Positions 1 to 9,126 of a stretch of DNA of 64,000 nt are shown piece after piece. Origin of the DNA: Tolypothrix carrinoi HA7290-LM1 (lineage in GTDB: Bacteria; Cyanobacteriota; Cyanobacteriia; Cyanobacteriales; Nostocaceae); the NCBI GenBank assembly GCA_019358935.1, contig JAHHIK010000006.1, positions 71,597 through 135,596 on the forward strand. The letters run 5' to 3'. Under the pieces are notes generated by a model. That model ran no database searches and was not told the origin of the DNA. It worked only from the letters and a program-made list of their open reading frames with translations. Each line of letters starts with the position of its first letter. The stretch's first letter is position 1. Made by a program: the position numbers and the translations under genes.

Positions 1-2
1 AA

Positions 3-359
3 GGTAATTATGAAAGGACGTTGGAATTAATTAGGCGATCGCGTCAACTTGCACCGAAAATTTACACCAAATCCGGTATCATGGTTGGACTCGGTGAAAC
101 TGATGAGGAAATCCGCGCTTGTATGCAAGATTTGCGGAATGTAGATTGCGATATCTTGACAATTGGACAATATCTCCAACCCAGTCAAAAGCATCTGAAA
201 GTCGATAACTTCATTCATCCAGAACAATTCGCTGCTTGGAAAGCTTTCGGTGAAGAAATCGGATTTTTACAAGTTGTTTCCTCCCCATTGACAAGAAGTT
301 CATATCATGCAGAGCAGGTTAGGGAATTAATGGAACGGTATCCAAAGGGTGAGGAGTGA
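3..359 (+). CDS. lipA: Lipoyl synthase, C-terminal part (gene begins before the window)
   Basis: [22 protein letters not shown] and [11 protein letters not shown] motifs of LipA. Confidence 0.95.
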   Translation, partial: GNYERTLELIRRSRQLAPKIYTKSGIMVGLGETDEEIRACMQDLRNVDCDILTIGQYLQPSQKHLKVDNFIHPEQFAAWKAFGEEIGFLQVVSSPLTRSSYHAEQVRELMERYPKGEE

Positions 360-398
360 GGATTTAGTGAGCGTTTTTGGGTTTGGGGCGATCGCGTT

Positions 399-485
399 TT
401 ATAACGATGCGGTTCAGCGGCAGCAAGTAACCTTGAACTGCCACTGACAACCTCTATTCCTTCCGCAGAATACGCATTGTTAGAT
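399..485 (+). mobile_element. attC-like integron cassette recombination site (solitary)
   Basis: TTATAAC...GTTAGAT ends with imperfect inverted arms taacgatgcggttcagcgg / ccgcagaatacgcattgtta; 87 bp; HIP1 at 388-395 just upstream. Confidence 0.55.
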
Positions 486-576
486 ACCCGTTAGCCTATC
501 TGTATTGTTTAAACTCAAAGTGGTAGACTTGACCTTTATCTATATCTAAGAGTAATCTGTATTCCCGATACCCAAA

Positions 577-2556
577 ATGCGGCAATTGTCTCTTGCTCTC
601 GAACTACTCAACTCTGAACCAGCTAATATAAATTGGTTTCAGGATATCTTAACTACTCTTCAGGTGAGGCAAGAGACTGTATGGACTGATAATTTCGGCA
701 AGTCTCTTCGTAAATGCTTGCGGCAACAGGGCATTGCTCCGGTTAAAACACTTAGCTTGTTTTCTGGGGGTGGTGGACTAGATATTGCATTTCACGATTC
801 TGGATTTGAAATAGTCCAGATGATTGAATTGGAAGCCAAATATATTCAGACACTACAAAAAAATTCTCAACCTGGGAAATGGTTAGAAGGTTCTAAACCG
901 ATTTGTATTGACATCAGAGACTATTCACCCGATCCCGATCTCAAAGTAGATTTCATAATTGGAGGTCCACCATGTCAAACCTTTTCTGCGGCAGGACGTA
1001 GAGCGGCTGGGGTATCTGGAACAACAGACGCTAGGGGAACACTATTTCAAGAATATGTTCGCATTCTAAAACTGCTTCAACCTAAAGGATTTCTATTTGA
1101 GAATGTATATGGAATTACTGGGGCAAACGGAGGAGAAGCATGGCAAGAAATCCAAGAAGCTTTTCGGGAAGTTGGATATAGTATTTATTTCCGTATTCTA
1201 GATGCTGCTGACTACGGTGTTCCTCAGCATCGGGAGCGTTTGTTTATTGTTGGTTTGAAACAAGGAAAATATTTATTCCCATATCCTACTCACGGTTTTG
1301 ATTCCCTCGACCAGCAGCCGTATTATTCGGCAGCAAAGGCTGTAGAAGGTGCTGATATTTCAGACATAGAAGCAGGTTTAGGTGGACGATTTGGTCATTT
1401 ACTTGGAGATATTCCACCTGGGCTTAACTACAGTTTTTATACAAAAGAAATGGGTTATCCCAACCCCATTTTTAGTTGGAGATCAAAATTCTCTGATTTC
1501 CTCTACAAAGCAGATCCAGATACCCCAGTGCGAACAATCAAAGCGGCTGGTGGGCAATATACTGGTCCCTTTAGTTGGGAAAACCGTAGATTTTCTATCT
1601 CTGAATTAAAGCGTTTACAGACTATTCCTGATGACTACGAAATAGTTGGTAATCGACAAGTTGCCCTACAGCAAATTGGAAATTCGGTTCCTTCTCAATT
1701 AGGCAGAATCCTAGCCCTTAGCATTTTAGATCAAGTAATAAACGTTGAATTACCCTTCAACCTAGCTTATTTACCTCAAAGTAAAAAATTAGGTTTCAGA
1801 CAGCGCAAAAGAAGGTTGACAGAGGTTTACCTTCAAAAAGCCCAAACTGCGATCGATGAACTGTTTAAGGAAGGGAAAATTACCGATTCAGCTGATTCTA
1901 AGTATGAGGATAAGGGAGAGTCTACCAGATTTTTATCTATAGAAACTTTTTCATGGACAAAAGAACCATCTCCTGAGTCTGTAAAGATTTACTTGGATTA
2001 TGAATTAAATGATTCTTCTTGGACGATTACAGCAAGTACTAATGGCAATTGGGAGGAACCGGATCAATTTGTCATTGATGTATATCCCTCATATGGTTAT
2101 GATGAGTGGTTTCTTGGTACGAACTCAGTTAAGCTGTGCGCTAAACAGTTAAATGCACAAGTCTTTACATCTGTTTGGAAAGCCTTTGAAGAAAAGTTAA
2201 ATGAGGCTACAGGCAAAGCAGATTTAGTGCAGTTATCTGGGTACTATCAGTACAAGGCTCGCATCAGTGGAGTAATGAACTTTTGTGCCAAGTCGAAAGT
2301 TAATTCGTTTTGGCGTGTAGTTCAATGTGTAACCAGATGTATTGGTACTGCTGCTCAACTTAAAGCAACAGGATTTTCAGAACAGTGGGGTGTCAAAGAA
2401 GAAGATATACTTTTCTACCTTCAGTCTTTAAAGGCTATGGGTTACGAAGTTAGAAGTCACAATACTAATCCGCAGATTCCCGCAGGTGAGTATCTGATCC
2501 CTTATGCCTTCCCTACACTGAATCCTCATAGCGTTCAACTCCGTAAAATTTTATAG
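577..2556 (+). CDS. DNA (cytosine-5)-methyltransferase with long C-terminal extension
   Basis: Motif I LFSGGGG, IV GGPPCQTFS, VI ENV, VIII PQHRER, X QQIGNSVP; about 270 extra aa after motif X. Confidence 0.92.
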   Translation: MRQLSLALELLNSEPANINWFQDILTTLQVRQETVWTDNFGKSLRKCLRQQGIAPVKTLSLFSGGGGLDIAFHDSGFEIVQMIELEAKYIQTLQKNSQPGKWLEGSKPICIDIRDYSPDPDLKVDFIIGGPPCQTFSAAGRRAAGVSGTTDARGTLFQEYVRILKLLQPKGFLFENVYGITGANGGEAWQEIQEAFREVGYSIYFRILDAADYGVPQHRERLFIVGLKQGKYLFPYPTHGFDSLDQQPYYSAAKAVEGADISDIEAGLGGRFGHLLGDIPPGLNYSFYTKEMGYPNPIFSWRSKFSDFLYKADPDTPVRTIKAAGGQYTGPFSWENRRFSISELKRLQTIPDDYEIVGNRQVALQQIGNSVPSQLGRILALSILDQVINVELPFNLAYLPQSKKLGFRQRKRRLTEVYLQKAQTAIDELFKEGKITDSADSKYEDKGESTRFLSIETFSWTKEPSPESVKIYLDYELNDSSWTITASTNGNWEEPDQFVIDVYPSYGYDEWFLGTNSVKLCAKQLNAQVFTSVWKAFEEKLNEATGKADLVQLSGYYQYKARISGVMNFCAKSKVNSFWRVVQCVTRCIGTAAQLKATGFSEQWGVKEEDILFYLQSLKAMGYEVRSHNTNPQIPAGEYLIPYAFPTLNPHSVQLRKIL

Positions 2557-2563
2557 CTGCTGT

Positions 2564-3904
2564 ATGAGTGAACTGCACTTGAGAGTTTATGCAAATAGGA
2601 GTGAACTGATTCTTCCTGATGGCACAGTTGAAGCCTTTCAGGAAGGAGGAATGAATCAAGCTGCAAAGACACGATACAGAAAAATAGCAACAGAGCTTTC
2701 TAACGGTTATTTAGAAAGACAAATCTTGGCTTGTAGAGATAGATCGTCAAATCTTGACTTTTCAGAACTAACACAAGCGCATAGATACCTTTTGGACAGA
2801 TTAATTCAGTCAATAACTAGTGAAGTTGGTAGAGCCTTAGTTGGGCTGACAATACTACAATTATGCGTTAAGTCAATTGAGCCAGAACAAAATATTAGAT
2901 TGCACAAAGGCAGCACAAGCACAAGAGATTTTTCTTGGTGTGATGGCATTTCTATGCGCTCTCTTGATAAACAATACATCACACCCGTTTTGCGAAGATA
3001 TGAATTGCTAAGGCTAAATGCTGATGGTTTTATGATGACTCGCAGCCTAGCAGAAAATTACCCATATTCAACCGTATACAAAGCAAACATGCGAGGTGCG
3101 CGTTCTGAGTGGGTAAGCCTTGTTGAAGCTACAGAGAAAGATGAAGTAGCTGCTGATGTTGCATTACAGTATCTTCTTTCACAGTTGCTCAATCAAGCAG
3201 ATAACTTTAAAAGATTAACTTCACAAGCGATCGAGAAACTTAATTTATTTTTTGAAGCAACGGTTATTAATCAAGAAATCGCATTAAGCCTCATTCTGCG
3301 TCACATTAATCAATCTGATTATGCTGCTCGATTAATGGAGATTGCCATGCACAGTTTGATGCAGGCTATGCAAGAGTATCAAGTTTTTCCAAACAGTCTT
3401 TTGAAACCTCTTTCACAAATGCGTTCAGCCAACAAAAAGCATGGGAATATCGGTGACATTGAACTTTTAGAAGATAGACAGATTGTGGAAGCTTGGGATG
3501 CCAAATATGGTAAATCATATCTACGAGATGAGATTGAGGAATTATCAGAAAAACTGGAGGTGCATCCTGCTGTTAGACGGGCTGGTTTTGTTACAAGTCT
3601 TGAACCTGAGCGGCTTGATGAGTTGGAACCCAGATGTGAGGAGATTTCGGAAATTTACGGAATATCTTTAGAAGTCCTGACTTTTGAAGAGTGGATTGGA
3701 GAACAGTTTGAACGTGCATTGACCGAGGAAACCGCTTCGGGGCAAGAACTTGCTGTGGCTTGGCTTACAGCGTACACCGAATCTTTGGCACAGCGACGCA
3801 GAGAAATTGCTCCGATTGACGAACCTTGTTACCAATGGCTGTTAACAATAAACGAAATCTTGACCCAAGAGCTACCGGATACCGCCCGCAGTCCCCTAGA
3901 TTAG
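2564..3904 (+). CDS. Putative type II restriction endonuclease
   Basis: Starts 7 bp after the MTase stop; PD-(D/E)xK-like GDIE...WDAK; no other recognisable domain. Confidence 0.6.
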   Translation: MSELHLRVYANRSELILPDGTVEAFQEGGMNQAAKTRYRKIATELSNGYLERQILACRDRSSNLDFSELTQAHRYLLDRLIQSITSEVGRALVGLTILQLCVKSIEPEQNIRLHKGSTSTRDFSWCDGISMRSLDKQYITPVLRRYELLRLNADGFMMTRSLAENYPYSTVYKANMRGARSEWVSLVEATEKDEVAADVALQYLLSQLLNQADNFKRLTSQAIEKLNLFFEATVINQEIALSLILRHINQSDYAARLMEIAMHSLMQAMQEYQVFPNSLLKPLSQMRSANKKHGNIGDIELLEDRQIVEAWDAKYGKSYLRDEIEELSEKLEVHPAVRRAGFVTSLEPERLDELEPRCEEISEIYGISLEVLTFEEWIGEQFERALTEETASGQELAVAWLTAYTESLAQRRREIAPIDEPCYQWLLTINEILTQELPDTARSPLD

Positions 3905-3939
3905 AGATAATATTTTTAAAGCAATAATCCTCAAAACCC

Positions 3940-4560
3940 ATGACTCAAGCCTTACCCAAGCTAGTAACCTTCGAGGAATTTGTCGATCGCCTAAGAAAAA
4001 ATTCTTCTTCACGCTACGAACTGCATAACGGAGAAATTGTTGAGATTGCACAACCAGTTGGGGAACATGAAGAAGTTAAAAGCTTTCTGGGTGTCGAAAT
4101 ACCTGTTGAAATCAAACGTCTCGGATTGCCCTACGGTATTCCCAACCAAGTTATAGTTAGACCCCCTGAAAAAGATTCTGGTTACTTTCCAGATGTTTTA
4201 GTACTAAACCGTGCAAATCTGGTAAACGAAACATTATGGAAAAAAGAATCTACCCTCAGTTTGGGTGCATCGATACCCTTAGTTATTGAGGTTGTATCAA
4301 CTAATTGGCGTGATGATTATCACTTTAAATATGCTGATTATGAAGAGATGGGCATACCTGAATACTGGATTGTCGATTATGCTGCATTAGGTGGACGTAA
4401 TTTTATCGGCAACCCCAAACAACCGACAATATCCGTCTGTAACTTGGTTGACGAGGAATATCAAATAACCAAGTTTCGAGATAATGACCGGATTGTATCC
4501 CAAACTTTTCCCGATTTAAACCTCACCGCAAACCAGATTTTTCAAGCTGGTGTAGTGTAG
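3940..4560 (+). CDS. Uma2 family endonuclease
   Basis: RYELHNGEIV, PDVLV, VIEVVS, YEEMGIPEYWIVD. Confidence 0.92.
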   Translation: MTQALPKLVTFEEFVDRLRKNSSSRYELHNGEIVEIAQPVGEHEEVKSFLGVEIPVEIKRLGLPYGIPNQVIVRPPEKDSGYFPDVLVLNRANLVNETLWKKESTLSLGASIPLVIEVVSTNWRDDYHFKYADYEEMGIPEYWIVDYAALGGRNFIGNPKQPTISVCNLVDEEYQITKFRDNDRIVSQTFPDLNLTANQIFQAGVV

Positions 4561-4636
4561 CAAACTTTTGTCTAGCTTGATGTAGCGCCCGGATGGTATT
4601 TCTCTCGAAAATCCCAAGCAAGAATTCTCAAAACCT

Positions 4637-5263
4637 ATGACCCAAGCCTTACCCAAACTACTAACCTTTGATGAATTTATCGCGTGGTATCCGGAGAAAT
4701 CTGAGGTACGCTACGAACTGCACAATGGGGTAATTGTTGAAATGCCGAAACCGAAAGGAAAACATAGTAATGTTACAGGCTTCATTATTGAAGAATTAAT
4801 CTTGGGTATCATCCAGATTGAAAAACGCGGTGTTTGGACAATTCCTAGAGAATCGATTGTAAAACCCAGTAGTGAAAAATCTGGTTATGAACCTGACATT
4901 ATTGTTTTAGATCGGGAAAACATGGGCAACGAAACACGTTGGGAAAGCGAATCAGTTATTGAAAAAGCTAGTTCAGTCAAATTAATTGTCGAGGTTGTAT
5001 CAACCAACTGGCGCGATGATTACTATTTGAAATATGCTGATTATGAAGAGATGGGTATCCCTGAATACTGGATTGTCGATTATGCTGCATTAGGTGGACG
5101 TAATTTTATCGGCAACCCCAAACAACCGACAATATCCGTCTGTAACTTAGTTGACGGAGAATATCAGATAATTAAGTTTCGAGATAGCGATCGCATTGTA
5201 TCCCAAACTTTTCCCGATTTAAACCTCACCGCAAACCAGATTTTTCAAGCTGGTGTAGTGTAA
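4637..5263 (+). CDS. Uma2 family endonuclease (tandem paralog)
   Basis: Same motifs; C-terminal ~90 aa nearly identical to the upstream copy. Confidence 0.92.
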   Translation: MTQALPKLLTFDEFIAWYPEKSEVRYELHNGVIVEMPKPKGKHSNVTGFIIEELILGIIQIEKRGVWTIPRESIVKPSSEKSGYEPDIIVLDRENMGNETRWESESVIEKASSVKLIVEVVSTNWRDDYYLKYADYEEMGIPEYWIVDYAALGGRNFIGNPKQPTISVCNLVDGEYQIIKFRDSDRIVSQTFPDLNLTANQIFQAGVV

Positions 5264-5310
5264 TGCACCTTATATTATTGATGGTGCGTTGCGCGTACCG
5301 CGACAACACA

Positions 5311-5436
5311 ACGCCAGTTGCTACAACGGAGGAAACCTCCCTTCTCCTTCGGAGACGCTCCGCGAACGGGTTCGCCACTTCGACGGGACCCAAACCGACA
5401 CCGCCGAGTGGACTCACCGCAACGCACTGGCTCCCC
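5311..5436. repeat. Nested small dispersed repeat (SDR-like)
   Basis: acgccagttgctacaacggaggaaacctcc [78-bp insert] gcaacgcactggctcccc; uninterrupted copies at 11036-11083, about 18919-18966 and about 19014-19061. Confidence 0.8.
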
Positions 5437-5461
5437 TACTACGAAAATTTCAAATCCAAAG

Positions 5462-6406
5462 TTGACTAATCTAAAATCGACTAATTTAAAATCAATTGCT
5501 GTTCTCGGTGCGGGTGCGTGGGGATCTAGTTTAGCATCTATAGCCGAAGCTAACAATCATCAGGTAAATATTTGGTCGCGTAATGGTTCCCAAACTTTGG
5601 CGGAAGTTGTGGAAAATGCCTCGGCGATCGTTTCCGCGATTTCCATGAAAGGAGTACGCGAAGTCGCTACGCAATTACAGGGTTTATCGATTCCACCAAA
5701 AGCGGTTTTTGTGACTGCGACAAAAGGGTTAGAGCCAGAAACAATTAGCACACCATCGCAAATTTGGCAAGAAACTTTTCCGAGTCATCCGGTTGTGGTG
5801 CTGTCGGGACCAAATTTATCGAAAGAAATTCAACTAGAATTACCAGCAGCAACGGTAGTAGCCAGCATAAGTAAAGATGCTGCTGAGTTTGTGCAGTTAG
5901 TATTTTCCTCTAGTCGTTTCCGGGTTTATACGAATTCCGACCCCTTGGGAGTGGAACTTGGGGGTACATTAAAGAATGTGATTGCGATCGCATCTGGTGT
6001 GTGTGATGGCTTACAATTGGGAACCAACGCCAAAGCTGCTTTAGTCACTCGTGGTTTGACAGAAATAATTCGCATCGGCAACTTATGGGGTGCGAAAACA
6101 GAAACATTTTATGGTTTATCTGGTTTAGGTGATTTGCTAGCAACCTGCAACAGTCCTCTAAGTCGCAATTATCAAGTTGGCTACCAAATGGCTTGTGGTA
6201 AAACACTCACAGAAGTTCTCGCTCATTTAGAAGGAACCGCAGAGGGAGTCAACACTTGCCAAGTTTTGATGCAACGAGCCAAGCAGCGGAATATATCCAT
6301 GCCGATTACCGAGCAAGTATATCGCTTACTTCAAGGTGAAGTCACCCCACGACAAGCGCTTGATGAACTGATGCTGCGAGACATCAAGCCAGAATACAGT
6401 TATTAA
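5462..6406 (+). CDS. gpsA: NAD(P)H-dependent glycerol-3-phosphate dehydrogenase
   Basis: GAGAWG, ATKGLE, SGPN, LKNVIAI, GLGDL, SRN motifs; start moved to TTG 5462 because the upstream in-frame extension is repeat DNA. Confidence 0.93.
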   Translation: MTNLKSTNLKSIAVLGAGAWGSSLASIAEANNHQVNIWSRNGSQTLAEVVENASAIVSAISMKGVREVATQLQGLSIPPKAVFVTATKGLEPETISTPSQIWQETFPSHPVVVLSGPNLSKEIQLELPAATVVASISKDAAEFVQLVFSSSRFRVYTNSDPLGVELGGTLKNVIAIASGVCDGLQLGTNAKAALVTRGLTEIIRIGNLWGAKTETFYGLSGLGDLLATCNSPLSRNYQVGYQMACGKTLTEVLAHLEGTAEGVNTCQVLMQRAKQRNISMPITEQVYRLLQGEVTPRQALDELMLRDIKPEYSY

Positions 6407-6417
6407 CCTTGTGGAAA

Positions 6418-6570
6418 TAGTTGGTTGTTAGCGGTTAGTTGTTAGTTGCTGGTTGTCTATGGATATTTCTTCACCACTATCCACTATCCACTATCCACTA
6501 TCCACTAACCACTAACCACTATCCACTATCCACTATCCACTATCCACTACCAATTACCCATTACCAATTA
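6418..6570. repeat. STRR heptamer tandem repeats (CCACTAT/CCAATTA and partly complementary TAGTTGG-like units)
   Basis: Tandem 7-mers seen directly. Confidence 0.9.
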
Positions 6571-6966
6571 CGAATATTCTCTGTTGAAAAATTAGTAAAT
6601 CATCAGGAAATCACTCAGATACCTGTGTAGATAGGACTATGCGTATGATAAACGTAATTTTTCCTTGTCTATGTTTATACCACGTTACAAAAGTCACAGT
6701 CAAGATAAATTAAGGTGGAAATCTTGACTAAGTAATTTCTAGTTTAACAACCAGCTGACGATTTGAATAGCTATTGGTTCAATCAGATTTCAGCTGCCGA
6801 ACAAGTAAGAAAATAAGGTATTAAATAAAATCAGTACAGTTTTTTTCAAAAAAATTGCTAACTGAACCCTTAACCGTGTTAGTTCACCTAAAATCACGGG
6901 AACAATAGCAACAGTTGATTAGCTGACCGAAATCTATTGTTACCTGGAGCCATTGAGACGAGCCTT

Positions 6967-8214
6967 ATGCCAGCAACATCTTTTTACGCAGATGCAGCCT
7001 ACGAAACCCAACAGTCCTCTCAGGTTTTTGACCCAGAACTCACAATTGATGAGACTGAGTTGCCAATAGAAGAACTGGAAGAACTGGAAATGGCTGCTGT
7101 TGAGCCTGCTAGCTTTTCTAGCACAAACCGTCGCAGCACAGATTTAGTACGTCTGTATCTTCAAGAAATTGGTCGGGTTCGGTTGTTAGGTCGGGATGAA
7201 GAGGTTTCAGAAGCTCAAAAAGTTCAACGTTACTTGCGGATGCGGACACTACTTGCTAGTGCTGCCAAGCAAGGAGATGCAATAATTTCACCATATCTCC
7301 GGTTAATCGAAGTTCAGGAACGTTTGACATCTGAACTAGGACATCGCCCGTCTTTAGAAAGATGGGCAGCCACTGCTGGTATAATCTTGTCGGATCTCAA
7401 GCCGACTTTAGCAGATGGCAAACGGCGGTGGGCAGAAATTGCCAAGATGACAGTGGAAGAACTGGAGCAAATTAAGACCCAAGGACTCCAGGCAAAAGAA
7501 CACATGATCAAGGCTAATCTTCGCCTAGTGGTGTCTGTAGCCAAAAAATATCAAAATCGCGGCTTGGAATTGTTGGATTTAGTCCAAGAAGGCACACTCG
7601 GCTTAGAGCGAGCAGTTGAGAAGTTTGATCCCACCAAAGGTTATCGTTTTAGCACCTACGCTTACTGGTGGATTCGTCAAGGAATTACACGAGCGATCGC
7701 TACTTCTAGCCGCACAATCCGTCTACCTGTCCACATCACCGAAAAGCTGAACAAAATCAAAAAAGCTCAACGCAAAATTGCCCAAGAAAAAGGTCGCACT
7801 CCGACTTTAGAAGATTTAGCTGTAGAGTTAGAAATGACCCCAGCTCAAGTTCGGGAAGTTTTGTTACGCGTACCTCGCTCCGTTTCTCTAGAAACTAAGG
7901 TTGGTAAAGATAAAGACACCGAATTAGGCGAATTGCTCGAAACCGACGGTGTTACCCCAGAAGAAATGTTAATGCGAGAATCTTTACAAAAAGACTTGCA
8001 GCATCTTTTGTCAGATTTAACCAGCCGCGAGCGCGATGTAATTCTCATGCGCTTTGGTTTAGCTGATGGTCATCCTTACTCCTTAGCAGAAATTGGACGC
8101 GCTCTCGACTTATCCCGCGAACGAGTACGGCAAATTGAATCCAAAGCTTTGCAAAAGCTGCGCCAACCCAAGCGCCGCAATTTGATCCGCGACTATTTGG
8201 AATCTCTAAGCTAG
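6967..8214 (+). CDS. sigC: Group 2 RNA polymerase sigma factor SigC
   Basis: DLVRLYLQEIGR, ANLRLVVSVAKKY, RFSTYAYWW, region 4 SRERVRQIE; upstream of furA as in Anabaena. Confidence 0.9.
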   Translation: MPATSFYADAAYETQQSSQVFDPELTIDETELPIEELEELEMAAVEPASFSSTNRRSTDLVRLYLQEIGRVRLLGRDEEVSEAQKVQRYLRMRTLLASAAKQGDAIISPYLRLIEVQERLTSELGHRPSLERWAATAGIILSDLKPTLADGKRRWAEIAKMTVEELEQIKTQGLQAKEHMIKANLRLVVSVAKKYQNRGLELLDLVQEGTLGLERAVEKFDPTKGYRFSTYAYWWIRQGITRAIATSSRTIRLPVHITEKLNKIKKAQRKIAQEKGRTPTLEDLAVELEMTPAQVREVLLRVPRSVSLETKVGKDKDTELGELLETDGVTPEEMLMRESLQKDLQHLLSDLTSRERDVILMRFGLADGHPYSLAEIGRALDLSRERVRQIESKALQKLRQPKRRNLIRDYLESLS

Positions 8215-8321
8215 GGGTAATGGGTAATGGGTAATGGGTAATGGGTAGTGGGTAATGGGTAATGGGTAATGGGTAAAAACTCTTACCAATTATCTATTAC
8301 CTATTACCTATTACCCATGAC
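8215..8321. repeat. STRR repeats (GGGTAAT)n followed by complementary (TTACC(T/C/A)A)n; can fold back as a hairpin
   Basis: Seen directly downstream of the sigC stop. Confidence 0.88.
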
Positions 8322-8459
8322 CAATCCCCTTACAGAAAATTATTTGCATTTGAATGAGCCTAAGTTGCCCCAGCATTTTTGTTACAAGTCCTTGAGGGCG
8401 GGGATCGCTGATTATTTCTCTTGTCATCAAGATCCCATGACTTGTATTTGAGCATTAAG

Positions 8460-8545
8460 TAAATATTCGCAATAAGCCATGATTGTTGCAAATTGCTCAA
8501 AATTTTTGTTATATTCTCAACTAACAATCTTTGTTGAGAAATATT
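8460..8545 (+). promoter_or_regulatory. Putative FurA autoregulatory AT-rich boxes
   Basis: aaatattcgcaataa and the inverted pair ttctcaac...gttgagaa directly upstream of furA; FurA autoregulation is known in Anabaena. Confidence 0.4.
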
Positions 8546-8548
8546 AGT

Positions 8549-9004
8549 ATGACTATCTACTCAGCTACTTCACTCAGGGCAGAACTAAACGAACGCGGGT
8601 GGCGTCTGACTCCGCAACGTGAAACAATTCTACACATTTTTCAGGAACTTCCGCAAGGGGAACATCTCAGTGCGGAGGATCTTTACCATAGATTAGAAGT
8701 CGATGGCGAAGGAATCAGCTTATCAACTATTTATCGCACGTTGAAGCTGATGGCAAGGATGGGAATTTTACGGGAACTAGAATTGGGAGAGGGACATAAA
8801 CATTATGAACTCAACCAGCCTTACCCGCATCATCACCATCACCTGATTTGTGTAAGATGCAACGCGACTATTGAGTTCAAAAACGATTCTATTTTAAAAA
8901 TTGGTGCAAAAACTGCTCAAAAAGAAGGCTATCAGTTGCTTGACTGTCAACTAGCAATCCATGCGGTTTGTCCCAAGTGCCAACGGGCACTAATGCCACT
9001 TTAG
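8549..9004 (+). CDS. furA: Ferric uptake regulator FurA
   Basis: RLTPQRE, STIYRTL, HHHHHLICVRC and CPKC motifs. Confidence 0.95.
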   Translation: MTIYSATSLRAELNERGWRLTPQRETILHIFQELPQGEHLSAEDLYHRLEVDGEGISLSTIYRTLKLMARMGILRELELGEGHKHYELNQPYPHHHHHLICVRCNATIEFKNDSILKIGAKTAQKEGYQLLDCQLAIHAVCPKCQRALMPL

Positions 9005-9126
9005 CACTTGGGGTTATCAGGGATCGCGCTACACAACCTTCACGAAATTTTTAGGTAATTTCCAATTGCTGTGATGGAGGGTAAGCAACCGATTGGGGAC
9101 TTATATTGACAACACCGAAGCGGATG

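Noticed and set aside
4290..5263. Possible DGR template/variable repeat pair in the Uma2 3' ends
   Set aside because: Differences are largely third-position and not adenine-specific; both copies are coding; no DGR RT nearby
5318..5461. N-terminal extension of gpsA given by the ORF track
   Set aside because: It runs through nested repeat DNA; family similarity starts near TTG 5462
6439..6630. Short ORFs over tandem repeats (also 8269-8451, 16685-16927, 18926-19411)
   Set aside because: Low-complexity translations of repeats with no coding evidence
6667..6680. NtcA box upstream of sigC (GTC-N8-TAC)
   Set aside because: One mismatch to the consensus and I could not place a convincing -10 element; chance matches are frequent
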